Assembly (NCBI GenBank): GCA_020852255.1
Contig: JADZBD010000018.1
Span: 124,842 to 188,841, forward strand
DNA: 64,000 nt
Direction: 5' to 3'
Source of the DNA: Bacteroidia bacterium
GTDB taxonomy: Bacteria; Bacteroidota; Bacteroidia; JADZBD01
Position numbers and translations under genes: made by a program. Under the pieces are notes generated by a model. The model was not told where the DNA came from. It saw only the letters and a program-made list of their open reading frames with translations, and did not search any database. This document shows positions 19,857-29,213 of this stretch, piece by piece. Each line of letters begins with the position of its first letter. Positions within the stretch are counted from its first letter, which is position 1.

Positions 19857-21239
19857 GTGAGTCCGCATATTCATTTGATCGCTATCGGGGGTGCGGCGAT
19901 GCATAATCTGGCACTCGCGCTGCACGAAAAAGGATTCAGGATCACCGGGTCGGATGATGAGATATTTGAACCCTCTCTTTCGCGGCTTAAATCCAGAGGG
20001 TTACTCCCTTCTTCCATCGGGTGGGATCCGTCCCGGATATCAGAAGAAATTGATGCGGTCATACTGGGAATGCATGCCCGCGCAGACAATCCTGAATTGC
20101 TTCGGGCGAAGGCACTTGGATTGAAGATATTCTCTTATCCGGAATACCTCTATGAGCAAAGCCGTGACAAAAAACGGGTGGTAATTGGCGGCAGCCATGG
20201 AAAAACTACTATCACCTCCATGATATTGCACGTGCTTCGTACGCTGCACAAGGATTTTGATTATATGGTGGGCGCACAGGTGGAGGGCTTTCAAACGATG
20301 GTACGACTTAGCCGCGAAGCTCCTGTGATCATACTTGAAGGAGACGAGTACCTCTCTTCTCCGATTGATCGCCGCCCGAAATTTCACCTGTACCGTCCCC
20401 ATCTTGCCATCCTGAGCGGAATCGCGTGGGACCATATCAATGTGTTCCCGACTTTTGGAGAATATGTAGAGCAATTCAGGATGTTTATCCGGACGATAAT
20501 GCCCGGTGGAACAGTGTATTATTGTGCTAAAGACGAAGAGTTAAATAGGTTGTGTGCGGAATCGTTTCCCGGCATCAAGCTCACCCCATATGGAATACCG
20601 GATCATCAGGTGGTGAATGGTGTAACGGTGCTGCGTTCAGGAAAGAATGTCTATCCCCTTCAGGTTTTCGGAGAACACAATCTGATGAATCTGGAGGCTG
20701 CTAAAAGAGTTTGCCTTGAGCTTGGAATAGAAGAAGATGCTTTTCTGCATGCCATGTCGGGCTTTAAGGGGGCGGCAAAACGTCTGGAACCTGTTGCGAT
20801 CACAGAGCGGGCGGTGTTTTATAAGGATTTTGCTCATTCTCCCAGTAAATTAAAAGCAACTGTAACTGCCATGAAAGCACAATGGCCGGATCGTCCGTTG
20901 CTGGCCTGCATGGAACTGCACACCTTTTCCTCCTTGAACGAGGCATTTCTTTCAGAGTATAAAAACAGCATGGACGAAGCAGATACTGCTGTTGTTTATT
21001 TTAATCCGCATACAATTGAACACAAGAAACTCTCGCCAGTCACTCCGGAGCAGGTGCGCTCGGCCTTCGGACGCAATGATTTAGAGGTTTATACGGAGAG
21101 CAGGGCGTTGCTGAAGCGTCTTCGTTCCTGCGGTAAATTCGGAGCAGGCGGAACAACGAATTTACTGATGATGACTTCCGGAAATTTTGACGGAGTGGAT
21201 TTTGCGGCGCTGGGGAGGGAACTCTTTAGCGCTGTTTGA
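19857..21239 (+). CDS. mpl: UDP-N-acetylmuramate:L-alanyl-gamma-D-glutamyl-meso-DAP ligase (murein peptide ligase)
   Basis: 460 aa. The N-terminus IHLIAIGGAAMHNLALAL..GSDD and the P-loop GSHGKTTITSM are Mur-ligase features and the length is typical of Mpl. GTG start. Confidence 0.8.
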   Translation: MSPHIHLIAIGGAAMHNLALALHEKGFRITGSDDEIFEPSLSRLKSRGLLPSSIGWDPSRISEEIDAVILGMHARADNPELLRAKALGLKIFSYPEYLYEQSRDKKRVVIGGSHGKTTITSMILHVLRTLHKDFDYMVGAQVEGFQTMVRLSREAPVIILEGDEYLSSPIDRRPKFHLYRPHLAILSGIAWDHINVFPTFGEYVEQFRMFIRTIMPGGTVYYCAKDEELNRLCAESFPGIKLTPYGIPDHQVVNGVTVLRSGKNVYPLQVFGEHNLMNLEAAKRVCLELGIEEDAFLHAMSGFKGAAKRLEPVAITERAVFYKDFAHSPSKLKATVTAMKAQWPDRPLLACMELHTFSSLNEAFLSEYKNSMDEADTAVVYFNPHTIEHKKLSPVTPEQVRSAFGRNDLEVYTESRALLKRLRSCGKFGAGGTTNLLMMTSGNFDGVDFAALGRELFSAV

Positions 21240-21864
21240 GCAGGAAGAAAGATATTGCGGCAATAACAGCGCCGATCACTACCTGAAAAACAATATTCTG
21301 AACGATACCGCTGATCGTATTCCCCACTTTGGCGTACTCGGTCTTCTGGATGCTTACCATGTCCTCCACCTTCTTCATCGCCCGTTCATTCCCCGGATCA
21401 ATGGCGAAGGCTTCTATATAATTCTGGATGGCGAGGGAGTAGATCTGTTTATCAAAAGCGCTGTCTCCGGCCGTCAGTACTCTTTCCAGGCGTTTTGCCT
21501 TTCCGGCGGAATCCGCAGGTACCTTCACTTCATTCTTTCGTACTTCAATATAGTCGTACATGTCATTCTTCAGGGTTTCCGGATCCCGCATCGACCAAAG
21601 AAAAAAGGTAGTGCAGCCATATACGACGGCACCTGCCAGGGAAGTAATGACGCCGGCCCGGATGGCAGATTTGAAATCGAAAGCATTGCCGCTATTTCTC
21701 TCTTTATTCACAGCAAGGAAAATGCAAAGAATGGTAACTGTGAGCGGAATGAACTGAAGTACCATAAAAAAGGTAGAAGGCTTCAGGTCAGAAAAATAAA
21801 TAAAGAGGGAGAGGGCAGAGTTAATACCGCCGGCAATAAGTCCGAATTTGAGAGGACGGTTCAT
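21226..21864 (-). CDS. DUF4199-family membrane protein
   Basis: The N-terminus [24 protein letters not shown] is typical of DUF4199, and there are 4 predicted TM helices. The start overlaps the rho stop (TGATG). Confidence 0.6.
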   Translation of the reverse strand: MNRPLKFGLIAGGINSALSLFIYFSDLKPSTFFMVLQFIPLTVTILCIFLAVNKERNSGNAFDFKSAIRAGVITSLAGAVVYGCTTFFLWSMRDPETLKNDMYDYIEVRKNEVKVPADSAGKAKRLERVLTAGDSAFDKQIYSLAIQNYIEAFAIDPGNERAMKKVEDMVSIQKTEYAKVGNTISGIVQNIVFQVVIGAVIAAISFFLLKQR

Positions 21865-23330
21865 CAGCTATTCATTGAAACGAGGAATTCCTCATTGCTC
21901 TTTGTGTTTTTCATGTGATCCCTGATAAAATCCATGGCTTCGATCGGGTTCATATCGGCCAGATGATTACGAAGAACCCAAATACGCTGAAGAATTTCCT
22001 TTTTCACCATGAGATCGTCGCGGCGGGTAGAGGAGGAGACAATGTCAATAGCCGGGAATATGCGCTTGTTGGCAAGTTTACGGTCCAGCTGCATTTCTGA
22101 ATTACCGGTTCCTTTGAATTCCTCAAAAATAACCTCGTCCATTTTGGATCCTGTTTCGGTAAGCGCCGTGGCCAGAATCGTGAGCGACCCTCCCTTCTCA
22201 ATTTTTCGTGCGGAACCGAAAAACCGCTTCGGTCGGTGGAGGGCGTTGGCATCCACTCCTCCGGAGAGTACTTTTCCTGATGCGGGCTGTACGGTATTAT
22301 ATGCGCGGGCCAAACGGGTAATGGAATCAAGCAGAATCACCACATCGTGTCCGCACTCTACCATGCGCTTAGCCTTTTCTAAAGTGATATTGGCAATCCG
22401 AACATGACGGTCTGCAGGTTCGTCAAATGTAGAAGATATCACTTCCGCCTTCACGCTGCGTGCCATATCCGTGACTTCTTCCGGACGCTCGTCGATCAGC
22501 AGGATCATCAGGTAGGCTTCCGGGTGATTATCGGCAATCGCGTTTGCCACGTCTTTGAGCAGCACCGTTTTACCGGTTTTAGGCTGTGCTACGATCAGCG
22601 CTCGCTGACCCTTCCCAATGGGTGTAAACAGGTCAACGATACGGGTAGAGAAGTTTTCCTGCGGGTGCCCCGTAAGATTGAACTTCTCGTAGGGAAATAA
22701 GGGAGTCAGGTGTTCAAAGGGAACACGGTCGCGGACGTACTCCGGACTTCGCCCGTTAATCTGATCCACTCTTACGAGCGGGAAGTATTTCTCACCTTCA
22801 CGGGGCGGCCGTACTGTTCCTAGTACAGAATCCCCTGTTTTCAAACCAAAAAGCTTAATCTGCGATTGAGATACGTAGATATCGTCCGGCGAACTCAGGT
22901 AGTTGTAATCCGCGGAGCGAAGAAATCCATAACCGTCAGGCATCATCTCCAGTACTCCTTCCGCTGATACAATATTGTCAAAATTGTAAGGTTCAGGCTT
23001 CTTCTCAAAACGCTGCTGGTTGGAATGCTGATGTTGATGCTGCTGCTGTTGTTGTTGTGGCTTTTGCTCTTGCGCAGAAGTAGTGGTCTGAACAAAAGCC
23101 GGAAGTTCGCCTGTTGTGCTGTCTTTTGATGGCTCGGTAATAGCCATTGGCTCTTCCGCTTCTTCGGTTTTTTTGCTCTTAGCAGGTCCGGCCTTGTCAA
23201 GTGTTTGCTTTTCAAGAATCTTTGTGATTATCTCACCCTTTTTCATTCCTTCGCTCGATACGCCAAGCTTTTTTGCGATCTCCTTGATCTCGGCAACGAG
23301 TTTTCCGTTTAATTCAATGGCATCGTACAT
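21864..23330 (-). CDS. rho: transcription termination factor Rho with Q/H-rich N-terminal insertion
   Basis: 488 aa with an N-terminal helix bundle, a cold-shock-like RNA-binding domain ([14 protein letters not shown]), the P-loop AQPKTGKT and a RecA-type ATPase core. Confidence 0.96.
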   Translation of the reverse strand: MYDAIELNGKLVAEIKEIAKKLGVSSEGMKKGEIITKILEKQTLDKAGPAKSKKTEEAEEPMAITEPSKDSTTGELPAFVQTTTSAQEQKPQQQQQQHQHQHSNQQRFEKKPEPYNFDNIVSAEGVLEMMPDGYGFLRSADYNYLSSPDDIYVSQSQIKLFGLKTGDSVLGTVRPPREGEKYFPLVRVDQINGRSPEYVRDRVPFEHLTPLFPYEKFNLTGHPQENFSTRIVDLFTPIGKGQRALIVAQPKTGKTVLLKDVANAIADNHPEAYLMILLIDERPEEVTDMARSVKAEVISSTFDEPADRHVRIANITLEKAKRMVECGHDVVILLDSITRLARAYNTVQPASGKVLSGGVDANALHRPKRFFGSARKIEKGGSLTILATALTETGSKMDEVIFEEFKGTGNSEMQLDRKLANKRIFPAIDIVSSSTRRDDLMVKKEILQRIWVLRNHLADMNPIEAMDFIRDHMKNTKSNEEFLVSMNS

Positions 23331-23476
23331 AATAAATGGATTGGTTCAGTTTAGTTTACCTGTGATCAGGCGATAAAGCAGGGTCGGGGGGGATAAATCA
23401 GGATAGGAAATGTCCGGATCGGACGGAAGGTTATTGCATTAAACTTGTTGAGAAATAATAAGGGGAATGCTATCGG
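23331..23476 (-). promoter_or_regulatory. rho 5' leader, C-rich/G-poor (candidate rut-like autoregulatory region)
   Basis: A hand count over 23331-23480 gives about 47 C and 16 G on the mRNA strand, including a C7 run (23386-23392). Confidence 0.35.
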
Positions 23477-23480
23477 GAAA

Positions 23481-23488
23481 CAAAGATA
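23481..23488 (-). promoter_or_regulatory. -7 promoter box TATCTTTG for rho (about 145 nt leader)
   Basis: It is the only exact TAnnTTTG on the minus strand in the rho-dacB gap. Confidence 0.45.
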
Positions 23489-23516
23489 GGAATATTTTTA
23501 ATATCCAAACCGCAGA

Positions 23517-24932
23517 ATGGAGGCCGTCAAAAAATTGTCTATCAGGGGGTTAATGCTTTTTTTGGCAGTGATTTCCCTTGCTTTTCCGGGTTCGGGTGAG
23601 CTTTCTGTGCTGAAAAAGGAGCTGAATGCTTTGAAAAATGACCCGGAGATGAAGGGCGGCACAATTTCTTTTGCGCTGATGGATATCCGGCAGGATAGTT
23701 TTATTCTTGATATGAGCCGGGATCAGTTGATGACACCGGCCAGCGCACTGAAATTGTTTGTATGTGCCGCAGCGTTGGATAAAATGGGCCCTGCTCATCG
23801 TTTTAACACCGCTGTTGCGTATTCCGGACAGTTCGATGCGCTGACCGGTGTGCTCACCGGTGATTTGATTATACGCGGAAGCGGTGATCCTACCACCGGC
23901 TCCCGCTACCTGAACCCCGGTGGAATTAAGGCGTTACAGAACTGGATCGATCAGGTGACCCGGTTCGGGATCAAAGAGATCACGGGGAAGGTAATTGCTG
24001 ATGGAAGTGTTTTGGAAGATTCTCTGGCGCCGGCATCCTGGCCGGAGAGCGATGTGGGAAATTATTACGGAGCAGGTGCGGCCGGCCTGAATTATCTGGA
24101 TAATTCCTACACATTGTTCTTTCAGACTTTTAAAACCGGGACAGCTGCAAAATTTCTTTATGCCGACCCTCTTGTTCCCGGAATGTCTTTCTACTCTGAA
24201 GTAACAGCACAAGGTACCAGTGACAAAGCATTTATTTATGGCCGGGAGTATACATATAAGCGGATGATAAGAGGTACCCTTCCTCCGGAGAAAAAACTGT
24301 TCGGCGTCCGTGGATCACTACCCGATCCGGCGGAATACCTGGCCTATGTATGTGACTCTCTGTTCCGAAAGGCAGGAATCAAAACTGGCGGGTATGGAAC
24401 CCACAGAACATGTAAAGTGAATGAACCGGGAAAGGAGATTTTTGTTCACCGCTCCGCACCGCTTGATACGATCGTAATGATTACCCTTAGGGCAAGCCAT
24501 AACATGTTCGCGGAAGCTTTACTGAAATCGCTTTCTGTAACAAAGGAGCGACAGGGAAGCAGAGTAGGCGGATTGCGGGTAATCAAAGAATGGATGAAGA
24601 AAAACGGGATAGATACCGTTGGCTTTTTTCCGCTCGACGGAAGTGGACTCAGTCCCGGGAACCGGGTATCTGCATCTCATTTTTGCCGCATGCTCTCCTC
24701 ATTCGCGAAATCACCGGCTTACGATGCTATCTTCAAAGGCCTCAAACTCTCTAATGGATCTGTGTATTCAAAGTCAGGTTATATCTCTGGTGTAAGAAGC
24801 TATGCCGGCTATGTTCGGTCCGGTTCAGGAAAAACGTACTCCTTTGCGCTGATGATCAATGGTTATGACTTTGCTCCGGGTGTAGCGCGAAAGAAACTGG
24901 AAGCGATTCTCGCAGTGCTCGGATCTCTTTGA
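23517..24932 (+). CDS. dacB: D-alanyl-D-alanine carboxypeptidase/endopeptidase (PBP4 family)
   Basis: 471 aa with a signal peptide and the SxxK (SALK), SxN (SHN) and KSG motifs in PBP4 order. Confidence 0.85.
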   Translation: MEAVKKLSIRGLMLFLAVISLAFPGSGELSVLKKELNALKNDPEMKGGTISFALMDIRQDSFILDMSRDQLMTPASALKLFVCAAALDKMGPAHRFNTAVAYSGQFDALTGVLTGDLIIRGSGDPTTGSRYLNPGGIKALQNWIDQVTRFGIKEITGKVIADGSVLEDSLAPASWPESDVGNYYGAGAAGLNYLDNSYTLFFQTFKTGTAAKFLYADPLVPGMSFYSEVTAQGTSDKAFIYGREYTYKRMIRGTLPPEKKLFGVRGSLPDPAEYLAYVCDSLFRKAGIKTGGYGTHRTCKVNEPGKEIFVHRSAPLDTIVMITLRASHNMFAEALLKSLSVTKERQGSRVGGLRVIKEWMKKNGIDTVGFFPLDGSGLSPGNRVSASHFCRMLSSFAKSPAYDAIFKGLKLSNGSVYSKSGYISGVRSYAGYVRSGSGKTYSFALMINGYDFAPGVARKKLEAILAVLGSL

Positions 24933-24963
24933 GAAAAGCAGAATCAGATATGCGTACGAAAAA

Positions 24964-25350
24964 TCAGTTAAGTTTAGCGGGAACCACCAGCTCAAACTCC
25001 GGAATCTCTACCCGGAATTGCAGTTTATCTGCCTGCCTTTCCATTATATAATAACCGGACATCTTACCCAATTCTGTCGTAAGATTGGAAGCCGACTCAT
25101 ATTCGTAAATGTCACCCGGCATCAGCACAGGCTGTTGCCCAACCACGCCATCGCCTTCCACTTCTCTCCGTTCGGATGAACTATCAAAGATGAACCAGTG
25201 ACGGCGGAGTAATTTCACCGTGTATTCGGAATTGTTTTCTATGGTAATCCGGTAGGTAAACAGGAAGTGGCCCTGGTCAGGTTTTGAGTAAAGATCCTGA
25301 TACTGAGTACGTACTACTATCCGTATTCCTTTGGTAACTGAGGTGACCAT
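24964..25350 (-). CDS. apaG: ApaG (DUF525) protein
   Basis: 128 aa. The pattern GIRIVVRTQY..FTYRITIENNS..LLRRHWFI.D....EVEGDGVVGQQP matches the ApaG family. Confidence 0.85.
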   Translation of the reverse strand: MVTSVTKGIRIVVRTQYQDLYSKPDQGHFLFTYRITIENNSEYTVKLLRRHWFIFDSSSERREVEGDGVVGQQPVLMPGDIYEYESASNLTTELGKMSGYYIMERQADKLQFRVEIPEFELVVPAKLN

Positions 25351-25354
25351 TTGC

Positions 25355-25362
25355 CAAAATTA
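25355..25362 (-). promoter_or_regulatory. -7 promoter box TAATTTTG, 4 nt before the apaG ATG (predicted leaderless)
   Basis: Exact TAnnTTTG on the minus strand. Confidence 0.5.
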
Positions 25363-25444
25363 GGAGTTGGAACTCATATATAAGACCAATTTTAGTGCCC
25401 AAAGTTGCTTATTGACAATTAGTAGAAGTATACTTGCTTGAATA

Positions 25445-26740
25445 TCAGTAGTATGACCTAATTAACCTAAAGCCTTCCAGCGAGTCAAAGTTGGAGCCGG
25501 GGGACGACCTGTATACAAGGATGATGTATTCATTCTCGGTTTCATAACTGGTGCCATCCACCTTTTCTTCATCCGGAATTTCCGTTCCGGGGTAGAGAAA
25601 TGCGAACCGAAAGTTATAGTAACCTTGCTTAATGTATATCCGGGTTTTGTACGCTCCTGCAGATTCATCATATTTCAACCGGTATTCAGGTTGGCATTCC
25701 CAGTTGGTGAGTTGGCCATAGATATACATATTCCCCTTTTCCGGAAAAGGCGGAGTCTGCAGGGTAATCTCTACAAAAACATAATCTGCTTCCTTTTCGG
25801 GCTGTTTAGAAAAGGCAAGATCCGGCATATAACCGCCGTTAAGGTCAGTGTATTCCAGGTAGTGGGTTTTGTTAAGTGGTTTCATTGGGAGTAAGCGGAA
25901 GTAGCTTGCGGAGGAATCCGTCATGATTTCCTCCACCCATTCGCTCTTCGAATGGATATTGTTGCAGTTAAAATAACGAAATTCTTTTCCGCCGGGGAAT
26001 CGCAGGGCTTCATTCAGGCGGAAGGAAAGTTTTTTGTCGAAGTGACTGAATGGCGCAGGAGCGGCTGTTGAACGATTCCAGTTTCTGTTCTTGAGGATAA
26101 CGATCTTTAATTCAGAGGTAGGGTTTACTACAGGAAGGGAACTGTAGTCCAGGTCAAAATCCAGCTCCTGTTTTTCCCATCGTGAATCCACTTCTGAACT
26201 TTGGTTCACTCCTGCGAAACACCATAGTCTGCCGGCGATTACCAGAAAGCGTTTGCTGAGTACCGGATGTTCGGGATCTCCTTCCGGGAATACCTTAACC
26301 AGGTAATTTCCGGTTTTGGTGATGCGCAAACTCGCAGAAGGAATAAATTGCTCATAGTGAATGTAGGATTGTAGGGTATTCCTCGACGGGGAGTACTGAA
26401 AGATTTGTTCATCGTAGAAACCATCTATATATTCCGATTGCAGAAGAGGCGAGGGTTGCCAGTCGTGCGTGCAATGGATCACTGTATAATAATAATCTTT
26501 GTCTTCCCCGCCCAGCAAGTCAAAACTCAGCAGTAGTCTGGCCTGAGGGTCATTCAGCTGCAACAGAGGGAAGCCGGTGGGGTCACTGAATGGGTGAAGC
26601 AGGACACTGCGAATATGCGAATCATAAGTAGCATCACTATATGTGAACGGTCTTTTACCGAAATAATCCGCGCTATCTTGTGCTGATAATCCGGCAGCAG
26701 TGAATAGTACGACCAGTGCGAAATATGTACTTTTGCTCAT
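25445..26740 (-). CDS. DUF5103 / T9SS plug-like protein
   Basis: It has a signal peptide from MSKSTYFALVV. The block IRSVLLHPF..PLLQLNDPQARLLLSFDLLGGEDKDYYYTVIHCTHDWQPS matches my recollection of the DUF5103 (T9SS_plug) N-terminal domain. The start is set at 26740 because the -7 box at 26752-26759 lies downstream of the 26776 ATG. Confidence 0.55.
   Translation of the reverse strand: MSKSTYFALVVLFTAAGLSAQDSADYFGKRPFTYSDATYDSHIRSVLLHPFSDPTGFPLLQLNDPQARLLLSFDLLGGEDKDYYYTVIHCTHDWQPSPLLQSEYIDGFYDEQIFQYSPSRNTLQSYIHYEQFIPSASLRITKTGNYLVKVFPEGDPEHPVLSKRFLVIAGRLWCFAGVNQSSEVDSRWEKQELDFDLDYSSLPVVNPTSELKIVILKNRNWNRSTAAPAPFSHFDKKLSFRLNEALRFPGGKEFRYFNCNNIHSKSEWVEEIMTDSSASYFRLLPMKPLNKTHYLEYTDLNGGYMPDLAFSKQPEKEADYVFVEITLQTPPFPEKGNMYIYGQLTNWECQPEYRLKYDESAGAYKTRIYIKQGYYNFRFAFLYPGTEIPDEEKVDGTSYETENEYIILVYRSSPGSNFDSLEGFRLIRSYY
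26728..26735 (+). promoter_or_regulatory. -7 promoter box TACTTTTG, 3 nt before the apbE-like ATG at 26739
   Basis: Exact TAnnTTTG. It lies inside the first codons of the divergent DUF5103 gene. Confidence 0.45.
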
Positions 26741-27827
26741 GCGTCTGAATGCAAATATACCCAAGGTTTGTGCCATTATTTACGCTACCTGTTTAATGAA
26801 TGCATGCGGACCCCCGGATACAGGGTCAGGACTATTCGAAACGGATGGATTTTACAATGGAATGGTTTACCATGTTCTGTATCACGACACGCTTCGGCGC
26901 GACCTGGCTCAGGAAATAGACAGTATTGTCTGGTCCTATGCGGCCAGTATGTCACCTGATGACACGAACTCGGTGTTATTCAGACTGAACCACAATGATA
27001 CCACGCTCATACTCACGGAAACCATGATCCGCGCCGTGCGCAATCAGAAAGTAGCGGATAGTATAACCGGCGGATATTTGCCTCTTACTACAGGTGCCCT
27101 GAAAGAGCGCTGGGGTTTGAATTACAAAAAACTGAAACCAGGATGGCGGGAGCCCTCCCCGGAGGAACTGGACTCGCTGCTGCGGGAGATGCGAAACAGA
27201 GATGTTGCCTTGTATGTGAGGGACTTTACCCCGCGGCAGGTAGGAGAGGAGCAACGGAATGCAGATCAGAAATTCTGGCTGGAAAATATCCGGTTGCGGC
27301 GATCCGCTATGATTGATCCCGAAGCATTGTGCCGGGGATTATTGACTGATCTGATTTCAGAGTATCTGGAACTGGAAGGAATTAGTGATTATTCCGTACA
27401 GGTAGACAAGGTGATCCGCACTTCCGGACGGATGAAGAACAAACCATGGAAGGTTGGATTCGAACGTCCGGAATTGTCTGACGATATATTTTATGAGAGC
27501 ACCATTGAGCTGGGAGACGCTTCTGTGGCCACTTCCGGTTTTACGCGTAAAGCAGTATCAACTCCCGGCGGTGATTATCTACCGGTTATCCATCCTTTCA
27601 CCGGCAAACCGGTTCCGTTTTCTTTTATTTCGTTTTCCGTTATCGCAGAGGATGCTACTTCTGCGGATCTGTATTCACATGCGCTGGCTGGTATGGGAAT
27701 TGAACAGGCCATGGCCTTTGCGCAAAAGCATGGTTGGGAAATTTATATTGTTGAAAAAACGGAAAGCGGGGATTTCCGTACGCATAGTACATTGAAGAAA
27801 AGCCGTAACCGGCAATCCAAGGAATAG
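26739..27827 (+). CDS. ApbE-like FAD:protein FMN transferase (divergent), probable lipoprotein
   Basis: VATSGFTRK....YLPVIHPFTGKPV and ATSADLYSHALAGMG resemble the ApbE C-terminal motifs. The start at 26739 gives a lipoprotein-like signal (..YATCLMNAC) and is preceded by an exact -7 box. Confidence 0.6.
   Translation: MRLNANIPKVCAIIYATCLMNACGPPDTGSGLFETDGFYNGMVYHVLYHDTLRRDLAQEIDSIVWSYAASMSPDDTNSVLFRLNHNDTTLILTETMIRAVRNQKVADSITGGYLPLTTGALKERWGLNYKKLKPGWREPSPEELDSLLREMRNRDVALYVRDFTPRQVGEEQRNADQKFWLENIRLRRSAMIDPEALCRGLLTDLISEYLELEGISDYSVQVDKVIRTSGRMKNKPWKVGFERPELSDDIFYESTIELGDASVATSGFTRKAVSTPGGDYLPVIHPFTGKPVPFSFISFSVIAEDATSADLYSHALAGMGIEQAMAFAQKHGWEIYIVEKTESGDFRTHSTLKKSRNRQSKE
26752..26759 (-). 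promoter_or_regulatory. -7 promoter box TATATTTG, 11 nt before the DUF5103 ATG at 26740
   Basis: Exact TAnnTTTG on the minus strand. It lies inside the first codons of the apbE-like gene. Confidence 0.45.
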
Positions 27828-27828
27828 A

Positions 27829-28686
27829 TTACAGGGTAATAAGGTGTTTTCTGATGTCGGAAACCTTGCGGGATATTTCCTTCAGCGAAGATTCGTTAAC
27901 CTCCGTCACCGAAACTCCTTCCCCGACGCTGGATACCGTTTGATCGAAACTGGCTTTCAGGTCGTTCATCGCGTCGAAAAGATCCTTGAAGTTAGGTTCT
28001 TTCTCATAACCGGTTAGTAATTCTACCAGATTGTCCAGCAGATATTTCTGCTCGGCAATGGTATTGGCAATTACCTCGTTCGGCTTGGATTCAATGCTGC
28101 GGGTGGCAATATAAATGCATTCGATCCATGACCCGCAAAAGATGAACAGTGCGGTATTTTCCCTTTCATTCGAACTTAAAAACGTATCCATTTCCTGTTT
28201 GAGCTCAGCAACCAGAAAAGCAAGGGAATCTTTCTTGCCCACGTTATTCCGGAAGCGATGAATATAGCCTTCGGTGTTAAATGCCGTCTTAATTCCGAGC
28301 TCGTCGGAAAGGCGTTTGATGGCATCGAGGTAGGCGAGAGCATATTGGGGCTGATCATTCACCACCTGGTAAGCAAGATCCGCCGAATAGATGCCCAGAT
28401 TAATGGCTTTGGTCTTATGGAGTGTATAATTAGATGCCCGTTTGGGATCATGACAGACTCCGTCGATATAAGGCAGCCCGGAGCTGTGAAAAACAGCGGC
28501 CATGGCAAGGGGGGAAGGCAGCGATTTAAAGAAGTATTTCGGATTGCGGTAACCCGTGGAATCATTGAAAGGACCTGCCTGTGCGGTACTGTCTGCGGGA
28601 CTGTTGGCATTGTCTTCAGATTCTCCGGAACAGGAGGGGAAGATAAACAGGATCAGGATGACGGAAAGTAGAAGGAGATGTCTCAT
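27829..28686 (-). CDS. hypothetical lipoprotein (all-helical)
   Basis: Signal and lipobox MRHLLLLSVILILFIFPSC. I recognise no family. It overlaps the 3' end of the upstream thioesterase gene. Confidence 0.45.
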   Translation of the reverse strand: MRHLLLLSVILILFIFPSCSGESEDNANSPADSTAQAGPFNDSTGYRNPKYFFKSLPSPLAMAAVFHSSGLPYIDGVCHDPKRASNYTLHKTKAINLGIYSADLAYQVVNDQPQYALAYLDAIKRLSDELGIKTAFNTEGYIHRFRNNVGKKDSLAFLVAELKQEMDTFLSSNERENTALFIFCGSWIECIYIATRSIESKPNEVIANTIAEQKYLLDNLVELLTGYEKEPNFKDLFDAMNDLKASFDQTVSSVGEGVSVTEVNESSLKEISRKVSDIRKHLITL

Positions 28687-28705
28687 GATGGCAAAGATAA
28701 AACAA

Positions 28706-29134
28706 CTATTTCTGCTTCGGCTGGTCAAAAGCAACGAGTTTCTTCCTCCATACAGGAGGCATGTTCATAGGCTGTGACTTGCGGTAGTTGTAGCAAACCA
28801 ATACGGTACGGGCCTTCGCCACTTCAACTGTTTTACCTCCGCGTTCCACCTGCATACTGTATTCAAGAGTAAAACTTTTTGTTCCAAGGCCGGAACAGCG
28901 TGTCCCCACTTTCAGCGCCTCTTTTAAGTAGACCGGTGAGAGATAATCTATGGAAGAATTAGCCAGGATAATGCCTTTTTCATTCCAGTTGATATTAGAC
29001 CCTACTACCTCTTCGAAGTACGAGATCCGTGCCAGCTCAAGGTAGGTGATGTGATTGGCGTTATTTACATGCCCAAGGGCGTCTATATCCTTGAACCGTA
29101 TCTGGATAGGCGTGAAATGTTTGTAATCCCTCAT
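28706..29134 (-). CDS. acyl-CoA thioesterase, 4HBT/YbgC-like hotdog fold
   Basis: 142 aa with IRFKDIDALGHVNNANHITYLE, typical of YbgC/4HBT thioesterases. Confidence 0.8.
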   Translation of the reverse strand: MRDYKHFTPIQIRFKDIDALGHVNNANHITYLELARISYFEEVVGSNINWNEKGIILANSSIDYLSPVYLKEALKVGTRCSGLGTKSFTLEYSMQVERGGKTVEVAKARTVLVCYNYRKSQPMNMPPVWRKKLVAFDQPKQK

Positions 29135-29138
29135 GCCT

Positions 29139-29146
29139 CAAATGTA
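29139..29146 (-). promoter_or_regulatory. -7 promoter box TACATTTG, 4 nt before the thioesterase ATG (predicted leaderless)
   Basis: Exact TAnnTTTG on the minus strand. Confidence 0.5.
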
Positions 29147-29213
29147 TTGAAATAGCGACTACACTTGCCTTTTCATGGTAAATTCCCGTAATTTACCGGA
29201 TAACATTTGTGGT

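Noticed and set aside
21187-21918. A 243-aa plus-strand ORF spanning the mpl end, the DUF4199 gene and the rho end.
   Set aside because: The opposite-strand DUF4199 reading has a family-typical N-terminus and clean TM helices. The plus-strand ORF has neither, and it would overlap three supported genes.
26700-26776. Longer alternative starts: GTG at 26700 for the ApbE-like gene and ATG at 26776 for DUF5103.
   Set aside because: Both would add non-signal-like N-terminal extensions and place the start upstream of the gene's own exact -7 box. The shorter starts give proper signal peptides.
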